DNA of 64,000 nt from Candidatus Saccharimonadia bacterium (GTDB lineage: Bacteria; Patescibacteriota; Saccharimonadia; Saccharimonadales; JALRHH01): contig JALRHH010000001.1 of NCBI GenBank assembly GCA_023253175.1, positions 364,020 to 428,019 on the forward strand, written 5' to 3'. Made by a program: the position numbers and the translations under genes. Every line of letters begins with the position of its first letter. Within the stretch, counting starts at the first letter, position 1. The notes beneath the pieces were generated by a model, which saw only the letters and a list, made by a program, of their open reading frames with translations, was not told where the DNA came from and did no database searches. Of this stretch, positions 24,997 through 35,258 are shown one piece after another.

Positions 24997-27591
24997 CTAT
25001 CTAAGTTTGATCTCAGCGCCGTTATCCGTAATGGTCGGCTGACTGGGATCTACTGGCTTCTTTTTGCGGCTCCGGGTACGCTTACGCTTTTTCTTAGGCG
25101 CCTCGGCTTCGCCAACCGTATGAACTAGGGATGGACGGGCATTTATTTGTGCCTCGGTCTCGGGCACGACAGTCGTTACGTCCTCGACATTCTTGAAGGT
25201 TTCTTTAGATGGTTTGGCTTTGGGTTGGGGTTTCGGTTGTTTTGGCTGGCTAGTAGGCTTGGGCGTCTCTGTAATATAACGACCGTGCATAAATGTCTCT
25301 ATCTCGCCGCGGCCTACCGCATAATTCTGTCGGCTCTGCGCAACGATGTAGCTACTGAAATCTGGTGGTTCAGGCGGAATTGCCATCGTAGTGCCAGAAA
25401 ATGCCTGAGCCTTTTCTCCATTAATCGTCATGCTAATCACGAAGTGGCGATTATGCATGTGCACCATGTCGTGCTCTTCGAACTTCGGCTCAAAGTATTT
25501 CAGCATCACGCGGGCATCGTCGGCACTCGTCCTGAACGATACGATACAACCGACGTTTCCAAAGACTGCATCTTTGACTTCCTGGGACATCTGCGCGGTG
25601 TACTGGTTAGCGACTGTCAGGTTTAGGGCATATTTACGGGCTTCTGACAAAATGACCGCAAATGAATCCGTTGCAAAGTTCTGGAATTCGTCAACGTATA
25701 GGTAGAACGGAATGCGGTCCTTCTGGTCCATATCAGCCCGAGACATAGCACCCATCTGCACTTTGGTTACCAGCAAAGAACCGAGCAAGCTTGCGTTATC
25801 TTCACCAATCAGTCCACGGGACAGGTTGACGATCAGGATCTTGCGGTTGTCCATAATTTCACGGATATTAAAACTGCTCTTTGGCTGGCCGATGATATTA
25901 CGTACGATTGGGTTAGCCGTAAACGCACCGACCTTGTTCAGTACCGGCGCCACCGCTTCGGCTGCAAACTTGTCGTTCCAGCTCGCGAACTCGACGGTCC
26001 AGAAATTACGAACCACTGGGTCTTCAACATATGACAAAACTTCGTTCCTAAACTTTTTATCAGTCAGGATACGAGTAATGTCGAGCATAGTGGCGTTCGG
26101 GTAATCGAGCAGCGCTAAAAGACTGTACCGAAGGATATACTCAAGCCGTGGACCCCACGATTCAAACATTCGCTTCAGGACGCCAATCAATTCAGAACAG
26201 GTATGTGTTTTGAGCTTTGGATCAGTGACCTCCATTGGATTAAAGGCAATAGGGAAGTCAGTGTCGGCGGGATTAAAGTAAATGACATCGTTAATACGGT
26301 GTTCGGGAATTCGCTTGAGGATACTCAGTGCATAGTCACCATGCGGATCGATTACTGCAAAGCCGTAAGGGCTGTAGATATCAGAAATCGTCAGAAGCTC
26401 CAGCATACCAGATTTACCAACACCAGTTTGTCCAATGATGTACATGTGCCTATTACGGTCCGATCGCGGCATACCAAAGATTGTGTTATGCCCACGAAAG
26501 TTCGTAATTGCGATCGGGCTGACCTCATGCTGATTAGCCTGTGTCGCAATCGGTAGGGTAGCGGGGGGTTCAGCGGTCTTGGCGCTTGCCCAGAGAATGT
26601 TTGGAGTTTCTACGTTGGTGTGCGGCAGATGGTATAGACTGGCGACCTCTTCAATATTGAGCACAAAGCCGCGCTTCGGGAAGGCTCGGCGACGATACAT
26701 ATCAACATCATACTCACTTGACGTGTAGGTCTTTTGTGCAAAGCCATTTAGATACGTCGTATTGAACTGTTTGAAGCTGGCGGTGATCGCCTGCATGCGC
26801 ATTCTCGCCTGAGGCTGGTTGGCGCCGCGGTAGACGATACGAACGACCACTTCGTAGGCCAGCTTGTGAGATTTTTCCTCTGCCGCATTGGCGCGCGCGG
26901 ATTCATGCTCTGCAAGCTTTGGTGCGCTAGTGTCAGATTCTGGCGGTGCCCATAGTGCCTTAAATAGTCCCTTGGTGCTTGTCTTGCCGCCGCGTATGCT
27001 TGCAGCGTAGCTTTCACTCTTTTTGTACCAGTTATCAAGCGCAGGTCGGACCACTACCTGCATCCACGCTTCTTCATTTGCATCGAACTGGGCGAGCGTC
27101 GCAGTTATTGCCGCTAAGGGATCAACCTCAAAACTCGGAAAGGTCTTAACGGGCAATGCCTCATTGGCAGTCAGTTTTAGCTCGGTACAGAGTGCGACGT
27201 TTTCCGCATGCACATCCGTAATTGTATAATCAGGCACTTCGCTGATATGAACTGTCGGGTACTGGGCATAGATCTGCTCCTCCACAAAGCTCTTCAGGTA
27301 CTGTGGAACCCACACATAAAAGCCAATTCGCTTCGCCTTAACTGCAATCTCGAAACTAACGCGTTCACGCGTGCTTTTAGAGCCTAAAAAGGTGGCCTGA
27401 CTACTGAGCAGCAAGCCATGTAAACTTGCCAACATTTGCTCGGCGGCAAGCTCTTTCTTCTCGTTGGTGCGAGGCACCTGGAGAAGCAGCACTGAGCCAG
27501 CTTCCGGCTCTGATACGGCTTGGCTTTTAGAAAGTTTCATTACTAGATGTAAGTATACGCGCTTTAGGGGGCGCGGCGCAATCATAAGCAT
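24997..27591 (-). CDS. T4SS coupling-protein-like (TraD/VirD4/TrwB-type) P-loop ATPase with a Lys/Pro-rich tail
   Basis: Walker A GQTGVGKSG and Walker B-like FYLYVDEFQNF, plus AVIDPHGDY. The tail is ...KPQPKAKPSKE...APKKKRKRTRSRKKKP. The start is uncertain; an alternative ATG lies at 27540. Confidence 0.8.
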   Translation of the reverse strand: MLMIAPRPLKRVYLHLVMKLSKSQAVSEPEAGSVLLLQVPRTNEKKELAAEQMLASLHGLLLSSQATFLGSKSTRERVSFEIAVKAKRIGFYVWVPQYLKSFVEEQIYAQYPTVHISEVPDYTITDVHAENVALCTELKLTANEALPVKTFPSFEVDPLAAITATLAQFDANEEAWMQVVVRPALDNWYKKSESYAASIRGGKTSTKGLFKALWAPPESDTSAPKLAEHESARANAAEEKSHKLAYEVVVRIVYRGANQPQARMRMQAITASFKQFNTTYLNGFAQKTYTSSEYDVDMYRRRAFPKRGFVLNIEEVASLYHLPHTNVETPNILWASAKTAEPPATLPIATQANQHEVSPIAITNFRGHNTIFGMPRSDRNRHMYIIGQTGVGKSGMLELLTISDIYSPYGFAVIDPHGDYALSILKRIPEHRINDVIYFNPADTDFPIAFNPMEVTDPKLKTHTCSELIGVLKRMFESWGPRLEYILRYSLLALLDYPNATMLDITRILTDKKFRNEVLSYVEDPVVRNFWTVEFASWNDKFAAEAVAPVLNKVGAFTANPIVRNIIGQPKSSFNIREIMDNRKILIVNLSRGLIGEDNASLLGSLLVTKVQMGAMSRADMDQKDRIPFYLYVDEFQNFATDSFAVILSEARKYALNLTVANQYTAQMSQEVKDAVFGNVGCIVSFRTSADDARVMLKYFEPKFEEHDMVHMHNRHFVISMTINGEKAQAFSGTTMAIPPEPPDFSSYIVAQSRQNYAVGRGEIETFMHGRYITETPKPTSQPKQPKPQPKAKPSKETFKNVEDVTTVVPETEAQINARPSLVHTVGEAEAPKKKRKRTRSRKKKPVDPSQPTITDNGAEIKLR

Positions 27592-27757
27592 AAGTATTTT
27601 AAAGGGGGCTGAGTGTGGACTTGTCGAAGCATGTGGACAGAGGGTACAATAACGCTTATGAATTATCAGAAAAACACGTATAAAATACTACTAAAGGGCA
27701 ATGCTTGATGATTATTCCTATATTTACCGTTAATAAGCTTCCAGGAGGCGAAGCCTC

Positions 27758-29020
27758 ATGATTGACGGCATTACACCAGGTGGCAGCAAGCGCCGACCAC
27801 TGTCCGAAAAAACCAAAGACGAAACACCGGAACCAGCATTCCGTACACCGGAGGCAGTTGCTGCAGTCGCCGATGATGTCATAGCATTACCAAATGACGA
27901 CCCAAAGCCAGCCGACAAGCCACAATTTGCCGGAGGCCGTGGTGAACACAAAAAGCGCAGCCCTAAAGAGTGGTTCTTGGACCTTGGTACAAAGCAAAAA
28001 ATTGCGCTCATCGTAGCTATTTTACTTGTGCTAGCCGGTGGTACCGTTGGCGCAATGCAGCTCCTTAAAAAGGACGCTCCCGCCCCAGCGCCAGCAGCCA
28101 AAGTCGAAGAACCAAAAGAACCCGTAAACACCGTAATCTACTCGCCGCTCACGGGCGTGCCGGTCAGTAAAGAGCAAAGCCAGCTACCCGTCACCGGCAT
28201 TATGATCGAAAATAGCCCAGATGCTAGGCCACAATCAGGCCTTAATAAGGCTGGGGTTGTATTTGAAGCAATCGCCGAAGGCGGCATTACGCGGTTCTTG
28301 ACGCTCTTCCAGGAAGAGCAGCCAGACTACGTTGGCCCAGTTCGATCAGTCAGGCCATACTACGTCGACTGGCTAGAAGGGTTTGATGCAGCAGTCGCCC
28401 ACGTCGGCGGCAGTCCCGAAGCGCTTGCCAAGATTAAATCAGATGGCGTTAAAGACCTTGACCAATTCGCGAACGCCGGTCCATACAAGCGCGTCAGTAA
28501 CCGCTATGCACCGCACAATATGTACACAAGCCTTGGTGGGCTCATTGACCTCAGCAAATCAAAGGGGTGGACCTCGAGCAAGTTTGAAGGATTCCCACGG
28601 AAGCCAGAGGCGGCTAGCGCAGCCCCTACGGCCCGAGGCATAGACATCAAGATATCAAGCCCGCTCTACAATGTTCACTACGATTACGACGCTGCGACCA
28701 ACTCATACAAGCGAGTGCTCGGCGGCAAGCCACACCTTGACGAGCGATCAAACGAGCAAATATCGCCAAAGGTAGTTATTGGATTGGTTGTGCCGTACAG
28801 TATTCACCCTGATGGCGTGCACTCTGTCTATAAGACAATTGGGTCGGGTACCGCTTATATCTTCCAGGATGGTAACGTGACCGAAGCAACCTGGGAGAAG
28901 GCATCCGCTAAATCCCAGATCACCTTCAAGGACGCAGCGGGAAAGCCAGTCACCCTCAATGCCGGGCAAACCTGGATTACTGCAACCGCTGTTAACACGA
29001 ACGTTACATACAAACCGTAA
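27758..29020 (+). CDS. DUF3048 (YerB-like) membrane-anchored protein
   Basis: TM helix followed by VTGIMIENSPDARPQSGLNKAGVVFEAIAEGGITRFLTLF...VRSVRPYY. Confidence 0.85.
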   Translation: MIDGITPGGSKRRPLSEKTKDETPEPAFRTPEAVAAVADDVIALPNDDPKPADKPQFAGGRGEHKKRSPKEWFLDLGTKQKIALIVAILLVLAGGTVGAMQLLKKDAPAPAPAAKVEEPKEPVNTVIYSPLTGVPVSKEQSQLPVTGIMIENSPDARPQSGLNKAGVVFEAIAEGGITRFLTLFQEEQPDYVGPVRSVRPYYVDWLEGFDAAVAHVGGSPEALAKIKSDGVKDLDQFANAGPYKRVSNRYAPHNMYTSLGGLIDLSKSKGWTSSKFEGFPRKPEAASAAPTARGIDIKISSPLYNVHYDYDAATNSYKRVLGGKPHLDERSNEQISPKVVIGLVVPYSIHPDGVHSVYKTIGSGTAYIFQDGNVTEATWEKASAKSQITFKDAAGKPVTLNAGQTWITATAVNTNVTYKP

Positions 29021-29041
29021 GATTGAGATAGCAGGACACGG

Positions 29042-30577
29042 GTGGACCACTTTAAAAAACTTAAAAACCAGATACAGATCCCAATCGCCCTCAGCATTTC
29101 TGCAACCGCAGCGGTCGTTATTGGGGGACAGCTGGCGATTGAAGCGCTCGACATCAGTCCACTCATTGGTGCCGCGGCTGTATTAGTCGTAGTTCTGATA
29201 TTGGCTATACTGCTGTCTGATTTTGCAGCCAAAAAAGCCCTGATCCCCGTCAAAACTATCTGGGAGGCAGTGCTGCACATCGACCCAGACCATCACACGA
29301 CCGCCGCACCCAACTTAACAAGCCTTAAGGTAGGCAGAGAACTTGTTACCAGCATCGTGCTGCAGGTATATCAATTTGCGAGCCAGGAAAACGGCAAAGA
29401 TCTTATCGAGCACCGCAAGCAAGTCATCCAGGCCGCAAATATCGTCAGCCATATGCCTTTGCCACTTTTTGTATTCAACAAAAGCCTTATTGTTACTAAT
29501 GCGAGCAACTCTGCACTAGAATATACCGGTGTTTCTAGCAGTGATTTATTCGGCAAGTCATTATTTGATACCTTAAAGCTTGAATTTTCTGACGATCACA
29601 CCCTTGATGCCTGGGTCATCGCATGTCAGGAAAACAAAGTTACTGACACCGCCTACTGGGAGCGCGTACACGTCCTTTCAAAAGAGAATGACAGCGTGAT
29701 CCGCCAGTGTGATATTTCGGCATACTACAACCGCGATAACGCCAGCGGCGCAGAGTTTATCGTAACCTTGTTTGACCGTACAGCCCGCTACAGCCTAGAG
29801 GATGATCAGCTCAGCTTTGTTTCCATGGCCGTGCACGAACTCCGGACTCCTATTACGATGCTCCGCGGTTACATAGAGGTGATTGACGAGGAATTAAAGG
29901 ATAAACTCGATGACGAAATGAAACAATTTGTTGTCAAAATGGGCATCGCCGCCAAAAACCTCAGTAGCTTTGTTAGCAACATCCTAAACGTTGCCCGTAT
30001 AGACCACAACCAGCTCTCGTTGCACCTCATTGAAAAACCGTGGAAGGAAACCCTGAGCGAAAGCATTACTGATGCAGAGCTCCGTGCAAAGATTCGCGGC
30101 AAGAACATTCAACTGACGATTGATGAAAACCTCCCGACGGTCGCAGTTGATCAGGTAAGTATTTATGAAGTGCTTAATAACTTGCTTGAAAACGCCATCA
30201 AATACAGTGGTGAAAGCAAGGATATCATCGTTAAATCCGGCCTCAATAAAGATGGGCTCGTCGAAACAACGGTCCAGGACTTTGGAGCCGGTATCCCCAC
30301 AAGTGTACTACCTTACTTGTTCGAGAAATTCTCTCGTAATCACCGCACCCGGGCTTCAGTGAGCGGCACCGGACTGGGCCTCTACCTCAGTAAGGCCATC
30401 ATCACTGCACATGGCGGACAAATCTGGGCCTCATCAAAAGAAGGCGAGGGCAGTACCTTTGGCTTTACACTCCAGCCATATACCAACATGGCCAGTGAAC
30501 TTGAAGGTACCCAAAACAAAGAAATAACTCGCAATGCGCACGGCTGGATCAAGAACCACTCACTATACCGCCGCTAA
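29042..30577 (+). CDS. Sensor histidine kinase (TM, PAS-like, HisKA, HATPase_c)
   Basis: H-box VHELRTPIT, N-box NLLENAIKYS, then DFGAGI and GTGLGLYL. GTG start as given in the track. Confidence 0.9.
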   Translation: MDHFKKLKNQIQIPIALSISATAAVVIGGQLAIEALDISPLIGAAAVLVVVLILAILLSDFAAKKALIPVKTIWEAVLHIDPDHHTTAAPNLTSLKVGRELVTSIVLQVYQFASQENGKDLIEHRKQVIQAANIVSHMPLPLFVFNKSLIVTNASNSALEYTGVSSSDLFGKSLFDTLKLEFSDDHTLDAWVIACQENKVTDTAYWERVHVLSKENDSVIRQCDISAYYNRDNASGAEFIVTLFDRTARYSLEDDQLSFVSMAVHELRTPITMLRGYIEVIDEELKDKLDDEMKQFVVKMGIAAKNLSSFVSNILNVARIDHNQLSLHLIEKPWKETLSESITDAELRAKIRGKNIQLTIDENLPTVAVDQVSIYEVLNNLLENAIKYSGESKDIIVKSGLNKDGLVETTVQDFGAGIPTSVLPYLFEKFSRNHRTRASVSGTGLGLYLSKAIITAHGGQIWASSKEGEGSTFGFTLQPYTNMASELEGTQNKEITRNAHGWIKNHSLYRR

Positions 30578-30596
30578 TATGCTAGGATGAAATCAT

Positions 30597-30986
30597 ATGG
30601 AACCAGACATAAAGCAAACTAAAATACTCTGCGTCGAAGACGAACACTTTATTAGCGAACTCTACAACCGAGCCCTCACCAAGGCAGGCTATGATGTAAA
30701 AACCGTGCTTGACGGGGTCGAGGCACTCAAAGAAGCCCAGACAGACGAGTACGACATCATCCTGCTTGATATCATGCTCCCAAACATGACCGGTCTTGAT
30801 ATTCTCGATAAACTCCGTAATCCCGCAGAGCCGCAGATCAAGGCAAAAATTATTATTGCCACCAACCTGGAACAAAGCGAAGAAAACCGCCTCGCAGTAG
30901 AAGAAAAAGCCGATGCCTACGTTGTGAAAGCCGAAATGACCCCACGCCAACTCGTCGAATTCCTCGACCAATTCAAAACCGCCTAG
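30597..30986 (+). CDS. Single-domain (CheY-like) response regulator
   Basis: ILCVEDE...DIILLDIMLPNMTG...ATNLEQ...ADAYVVKAE. No output domain. Confidence 0.9.
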   Translation: MEPDIKQTKILCVEDEHFISELYNRALTKAGYDVKTVLDGVEALKEAQTDEYDIILLDIMLPNMTGLDILDKLRNPAEPQIKAKIIIATNLEQSEENRLAVEEKADAYVVKAEMTPRQLVEFLDQFKTA

Positions 30987-31146
30987 ACTAGTGTTACACT
31001 AGTATTAGCCGTGTGGGTACTTCGTACGCGATTTCTACCTACAGACTTATAACTATCTTGTCGTTGCCAAACGACTCTATCCATACCAATGGATCCAAAT
31101 CTAAAATCTTTTATCTCTTAATTTTATTTGGAAGGGTAGTTATCTC

Positions 31147-31506
31147 ATGGAGTCTCAAAACATATATCACAAAGGAGTCAGCCAAGACGGCGTGGCGATT
31201 CATACTGGTTTTCCGAATCCGGCAATTGACGCCAGCCTGAAAGACCTTGATCTTAATCAGCTACTGATCGCCCATAGCGCGAGTAGTTACATGATGCGTA
31301 TAACGGGCAATGACTGGCGATCGCTCGGGGTTTTTGATGGCGACATTGCAATCATTGATAGGTCATTAACCGCACGGCAAAATGACATTGTCGTCTGGTG
31401 GCACGAAGATAGCTTCATGCTCAGCTATCTATCCCAGACGCCGAAACAGGCAATTGTCTGGGGCATCGTCACCAGCACCACTCACATCTTCAAGGACGTA
31501 CGATGA
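31147..31506 (+). CDS. umuD: UmuD-like S24 peptidase-fold protein (LexA C-terminal-domain-like)
   Basis: SSYMMRITGNDW...DGDIAIIDRSLTARQNDIVVW fits the S24 layout. ATGA overlap with the downstream Y-family polymerase gene. Confidence 0.7.
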   Translation: MESQNIYHKGVSQDGVAIHTGFPNPAIDASLKDLDLNQLLIAHSASSYMMRITGNDWRSLGVFDGDIAIIDRSLTARQNDIVVWWHEDSFMLSYLSQTPKQAIVWGIVTSTTHIFKDVR

Positions 31507-32831
31507 AACGGCCCCCTGTATTCGCACTCATTGACTGCAATAACTTCTTTGTGTCCTGCGAACGCTTATTCAGGCCAGACCTAGAGGGGAGGCCAGTCGT
31601 AGTCCTCAGTAGCAACGACGGCTGCGCCGTATCACGAAGTAGCGAAGCTAAAGAGATCGGCATACCCATGGGCGCGCCGGCTTTTAAGTACCGGGAGCTA
31701 TTCGATAGACACGGGGTCGTACAGTTCAGCGCCAACTTTGAGCTGTACGGCAATATCTCGCGGCGCATCACCAGTTTACTTACCTCTATAACTCCCCGAA
31801 TCGAGATATATTCAGTCGATGAATCGTTTCTAGACCTCAGCCAGCTGCCGATAACAGATTACGAGGCATGGGGCAGAGAAATCCGGCAGCTCATATTCGA
31901 TTGGGTAGGCATCCCGGTATCAATTGGCATTGCGCCGACTAAGACACTGGCCAAACTCGCTAATTTGCGTGCCAAAAAGGATCAATCACTAGACGGAGTA
32001 CTGTCCTTTATTAAAAATCGAGACAATAGGGAGGCATATGCTGTGCACGACGTTATCAAAACATGGCAGCATATGGCCCTCAGCCCAATCGGTGACATAT
32101 GGGGTGTTGGGTGGCGATTCGCGCCCAAGCTACGGGGCGAGGGGATCAGCAACGCCCTGGCGCTCGCACAAAGCTCACCGCGCCTCGCGCAGCAGCTCAT
32201 GGGGATCCACGGTCGCCAGCTTGTCGCGGAATTGAACGGCACTAGTTGTTATCCACTTGAGGTAGAAGGAAAGTTGCCTAAAAGCATCTCTGTAACCCGC
32301 ACCTTCGGGCAGGACACCACAGACAGTGAAGTCGTCGAAGCGGCCATTGCCAGCTTTGCTACCCGCGGCGCATTTAAGCTGCGCAGGAGCCGCCAAATGA
32401 CCAGTCGGGTGTCAATATTTACGACCACCAGCAAACACAAGCCCGGCTATGCCAGCTGGTCCAGGCAGGTAATTTTTCAGCAACCAACCGCGGATACAGA
32501 ACTACTCATAAAAACCCTTACCGGACTATTCAGGGATATTTATAGCCCCGGCATCATGTATCACCGTGCCGGTATACTGTTGCATGATTTTGTCCCAGAT
32601 GATCAACTACAGACCGATCTTTTGGGGACAGTAGACACAAACAGGCATGATATAGCCCGTGACCGCATGGCCGCAGTGGATGCAATTAACAACAAATTTG
32701 GCAGCCACAAGATCCGTTATGCGGCAGAGGACCTGCGCCGAGACTGGACCCCGCAGCGCAAAATCCGCAGCCCGCGTTATGTCAGCCACTGGGAAGATCT
32801 CCCTCTATTAAGGCCTATATTACCAAAATAA
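31503..32831 (+). CDS. umuC: Y-family DNA polymerase (UmuC-like)
   Basis: FALIDCNNFFVSCERLFRPDLEGRPVVVLSSNDGC..., YSVDESFLDL. Confidence 0.9.
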   Translation: MKRPPVFALIDCNNFFVSCERLFRPDLEGRPVVVLSSNDGCAVSRSSEAKEIGIPMGAPAFKYRELFDRHGVVQFSANFELYGNISRRITSLLTSITPRIEIYSVDESFLDLSQLPITDYEAWGREIRQLIFDWVGIPVSIGIAPTKTLAKLANLRAKKDQSLDGVLSFIKNRDNREAYAVHDVIKTWQHMALSPIGDIWGVGWRFAPKLRGEGISNALALAQSSPRLAQQLMGIHGRQLVAELNGTSCYPLEVEGKLPKSISVTRTFGQDTTDSEVVEAAIASFATRGAFKLRRSRQMTSRVSIFTTTSKHKPGYASWSRQVIFQQPTADTELLIKTLTGLFRDIYSPGIMYHRAGILLHDFVPDDQLQTDLLGTVDTNRHDIARDRMAAVDAINNKFGSHKIRYAAEDLRRDWTPQRKIRSPRYVSHWEDLPLLRPILPK

Positions 32832-32850
32832 GTTCAGCTATTATAGTGGT

Positions 32851-33420
32851 ATGGCACGGCGAAGACGAAGACAGCAAAGTGACACTGGTCCGACAACCCT
32901 GGGTCTTGTTGTACTCTTAGTACTTGGACTATACCTATATCAGTCCGGCATACATCTAGGGGTCATAATAGCTATATTCCTACTGTCAGTAACGACCATT
33001 GGTCTATTGATTTACCTTATTTACAGGAATAAACAAGCACTGCTTAGCAAATCAGGTATAGCAACCATCGATACTATGTCTGGCATAGAGTTCGAGTACT
33101 ACCTAAAAGCACTCTTGGAACGAAGAGGATATTCACGCGTAAAGCTAACCACCACGTACGACCTAGGCGTTGACCTTATTGCCCGCAAAGATAACGAGAT
33201 GTGGGCGATCCAAGCAAAGCGCTATAAAAAGCCAGTCGGCCTTGATGCGGTGAGACAAGTAATAGCTGCGGCAGCCCACTATAAATGCACCCGTACTATG
33301 GTTATAACCAACAGCTACTTTACCCGTAATGCCCAGACAATTGCACGCAGTATGGACTGCGTGCTCATAGACAGAGACCTCCTGATAAAGCTAATACTGC
33401 AGGATAATCCGCCTAAATAG
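32851..33420 (+). CDS. Membrane-anchored Mrr_cat-type restriction-endonuclease-fold protein
   Basis: Two N-terminal TM helices, then GIEFEYYLKALLERRGY...DLGVDLIARKDNEMWAIQAKRYKKPVG (PD-(D/E)xK, Mrr-like). Confidence 0.8.
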   Translation: MARRRRRQQSDTGPTTLGLVVLLVLGLYLYQSGIHLGVIIAIFLLSVTTIGLLIYLIYRNKQALLSKSGIATIDTMSGIEFEYYLKALLERRGYSRVKLTTTYDLGVDLIARKDNEMWAIQAKRYKKPVGLDAVRQVIAAAAHYKCTRTMVITNSYFTRNAQTIARSMDCVLIDRDLLIKLILQDNPPK

Positions 33421-33471
33421 AAAAAGGAGCCTAAACGTTGGGCTCCTTTTTCTTGAGCAGTATCCGTTCTG

Positions 33472-33723
33472 CTAACACACAACCTGGTGGGTCAGTAGGG
33501 TCCAGCTGCGGGCTGATCGCTCGAACTTCAGGCGGTACTGATCCCGGCCGTCGCTCATGTTGAAGATCTCGATCATTTCCTGGCCCTTTTGAACAAGGCA
33601 GCGAAGGCCGCCGTGTTCGAATGTTAGTTCTGTATTACCAAACTGGACACGGGAAGGGAAGGTTCGGCCTTTGGTAAAGATGTAGCCAGTTACGTTAACG
33701 GGTTGGTTGATAGTGCGTGTCAT
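33472..33723 (-). CDS. Hypothetical small protein
   Basis: 83-aa ORF with GGAGG upstream of the ATG. Confidence 0.5.
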   Translation of the reverse strand: MTRTINQPVNVTGYIFTKGRTFPSRVQFGNTELTFEHGGLRCLVQKGQEMIEIFNMSDGRDQYRLKFERSARSWTLLTHQVVC

Positions 33724-34006
33724 ATACGCCTCCTTCTAAGATTTTTTGAGATAAATAGAAGATCGTCCACAAATGTTTGTAGCCCAGAGCGGAGTGAGGA
33801 TGAGAGGATTATTCTAGGGAGAAATCGTTCCGCTCGCAGCGATTTCGTAGAAATAATCGTTTGTATATGACATCGCAGTGACCGAAGTATGCTTGTCAGA
33901 AAATGTATATAGGCTCAGAAACGATGACTGTTTCCAGTTCATGCTCCCGTAGCTACGTATAATTATATACCCGCTAATGGTTTACTTAAAATCGTATAAT
34001 TTACAG

Positions 34007-34033
34007 CAAAAGACCGCCTGTTATCGGCGGTCT
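34007..34033 (-). terminator. Rho-independent terminator of the LPXTG-protein gene
   Basis: AGACCGCC (34011-34018) pairs with GGCGGTCT (34026-34033). A U-run follows on the minus strand. Confidence 0.75.
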
Positions 34034-34058
34034 TTATATCTGTCACCAGTATCTCTAT

Positions 34059-35096
34059 TTAAGAGAATAGGCGACGGCTAATGACATAGTACGCTGCACT
34101 TGAGAGTGAAGTTACTCCGGTGAAGATTGCGAATACCGCACCAACACCAGTGTCAGGAAGAGCCTTAGGAGCTTCAGGAGTAGGGGTTACAGGAGTCGCC
34201 GCACACTTACTGAAGTCAGTCGTGTACTTGTCACTCATCTGATTCTGATCAATAGTAACTGTTTGCTTGGTAGCAATTTCACATACGGTGATCTTCCCAG
34301 GAATCTCAGGAGTAACCGTAACAGTCGCTGTACATGCAGCGCCATTCTTAGCACCCACACTTGTATTTACCGTAACCTTAGCAGTGTAAGTACCTGGCTT
34401 AGTCTGTCGGTAGACATGCGCAGCAGTTAGAGAAGTGGTGTTTATAGGACGAGTTTCGGTAGTACCATTACCAGTTGTTACGAATGTGTAACCCGTAATC
34501 TTGGCACCATTCTTTACAGATGCCTTGGCGATAAGCTGGAACTGGGTGCGGTCTAACTGCTTTGCTGTCAGACTTACACATGCAGCCTCTGGCTTTGGCT
34601 GAACAACCTGACCACAGTCCTTGATAGCACCGTGCTCGTATGCAAGCACCGGCAGTACGTTGCGAACACCGTAGGTAAGATCAAGCTGGTAGAAACAACC
34701 CTTTTCTTTAGTACTCTTTACCGGCACCTTAACATCAAGTGTGTGCTTACCGGGGCCAAATACCTTCGTGTTAGGCTTTCCATATGGGATCTGCGCGCTC
34801 CATGGCTGACCATTCATGCTTGGGGCGTAGAATGAGTTGTTAGATACCTGCACGCGGCAGTTTGCACCACCTTCGGCAGTAAATGTTACGCTGGCAGTGT
34901 CGCCTTTAACAACGAATGAGTTGTTACGAGCCTTACCGGTATCAACGTTACAACGTGGTGCATCGCCAACCTGACCAGGCAGGGCAGCCTGCGCTGACTG
35001 CTGTGATATCCCAAACATTGCTCCAGCAAGTACAAAGCCGGCAATAATAGCTAATTTCAGTTTCATGATGATATTCCTCCTCGTGCCCTCCGGCAC
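34059..35096 (-). CDS. Sortase-anchored surface protein (LPDTG sorting signal)
   Basis: Signal peptide, a beta-rich Thr/Val/Gly body, and a C-terminal LPDTG, hydrophobic helix and RRLFS. Confidence 0.8.
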   Translation of the reverse strand: MPEGTRRNIIMKLKLAIIAGFVLAGAMFGISQQSAQAALPGQVGDAPRCNVDTGKARNNSFVVKGDTASVTFTAEGGANCRVQVSNNSFYAPSMNGQPWSAQIPYGKPNTKVFGPGKHTLDVKVPVKSTKEKGCFYQLDLTYGVRNVLPVLAYEHGAIKDCGQVVQPKPEAACVSLTAKQLDRTQFQLIAKASVKNGAKITGYTFVTTGNGTTETRPINTTSLTAAHVYRQTKPGTYTAKVTVNTSVGAKNGAACTATVTVTPEIPGKITVCEIATKQTVTIDQNQMSDKYTTDFSKCAATPVTPTPEAPKALPDTGVGAVFAIFTGVTSLSSAAYYVISRRLFS

Positions 35097-35258
35097 TTAG
35101 TCCCACACTCCTCATGTGTTAAATACATATTAGCATAAGATTGATAATTTGTCAATATGTTTATGCTAAATACACTTTGGCTACGAAAGGATTGTAGCAG
35201 GGAATATTACTTCTTAAAGTGAGCTATTTAACGCATTAATAACTTGAACTCGGTAATC

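Noticed and set aside
33806-33935. Extended hairpin (GGATTATTCTA...GAAATCG...CGATTTC...TAGAAATAATCG) and a 42-codon minus-strand ORF in the leader of 33472..33723
   Set aside because: It could be a leader or attenuator or a small gene. It matches no recognisable riboswitch motif and I have no way to test conservation here.
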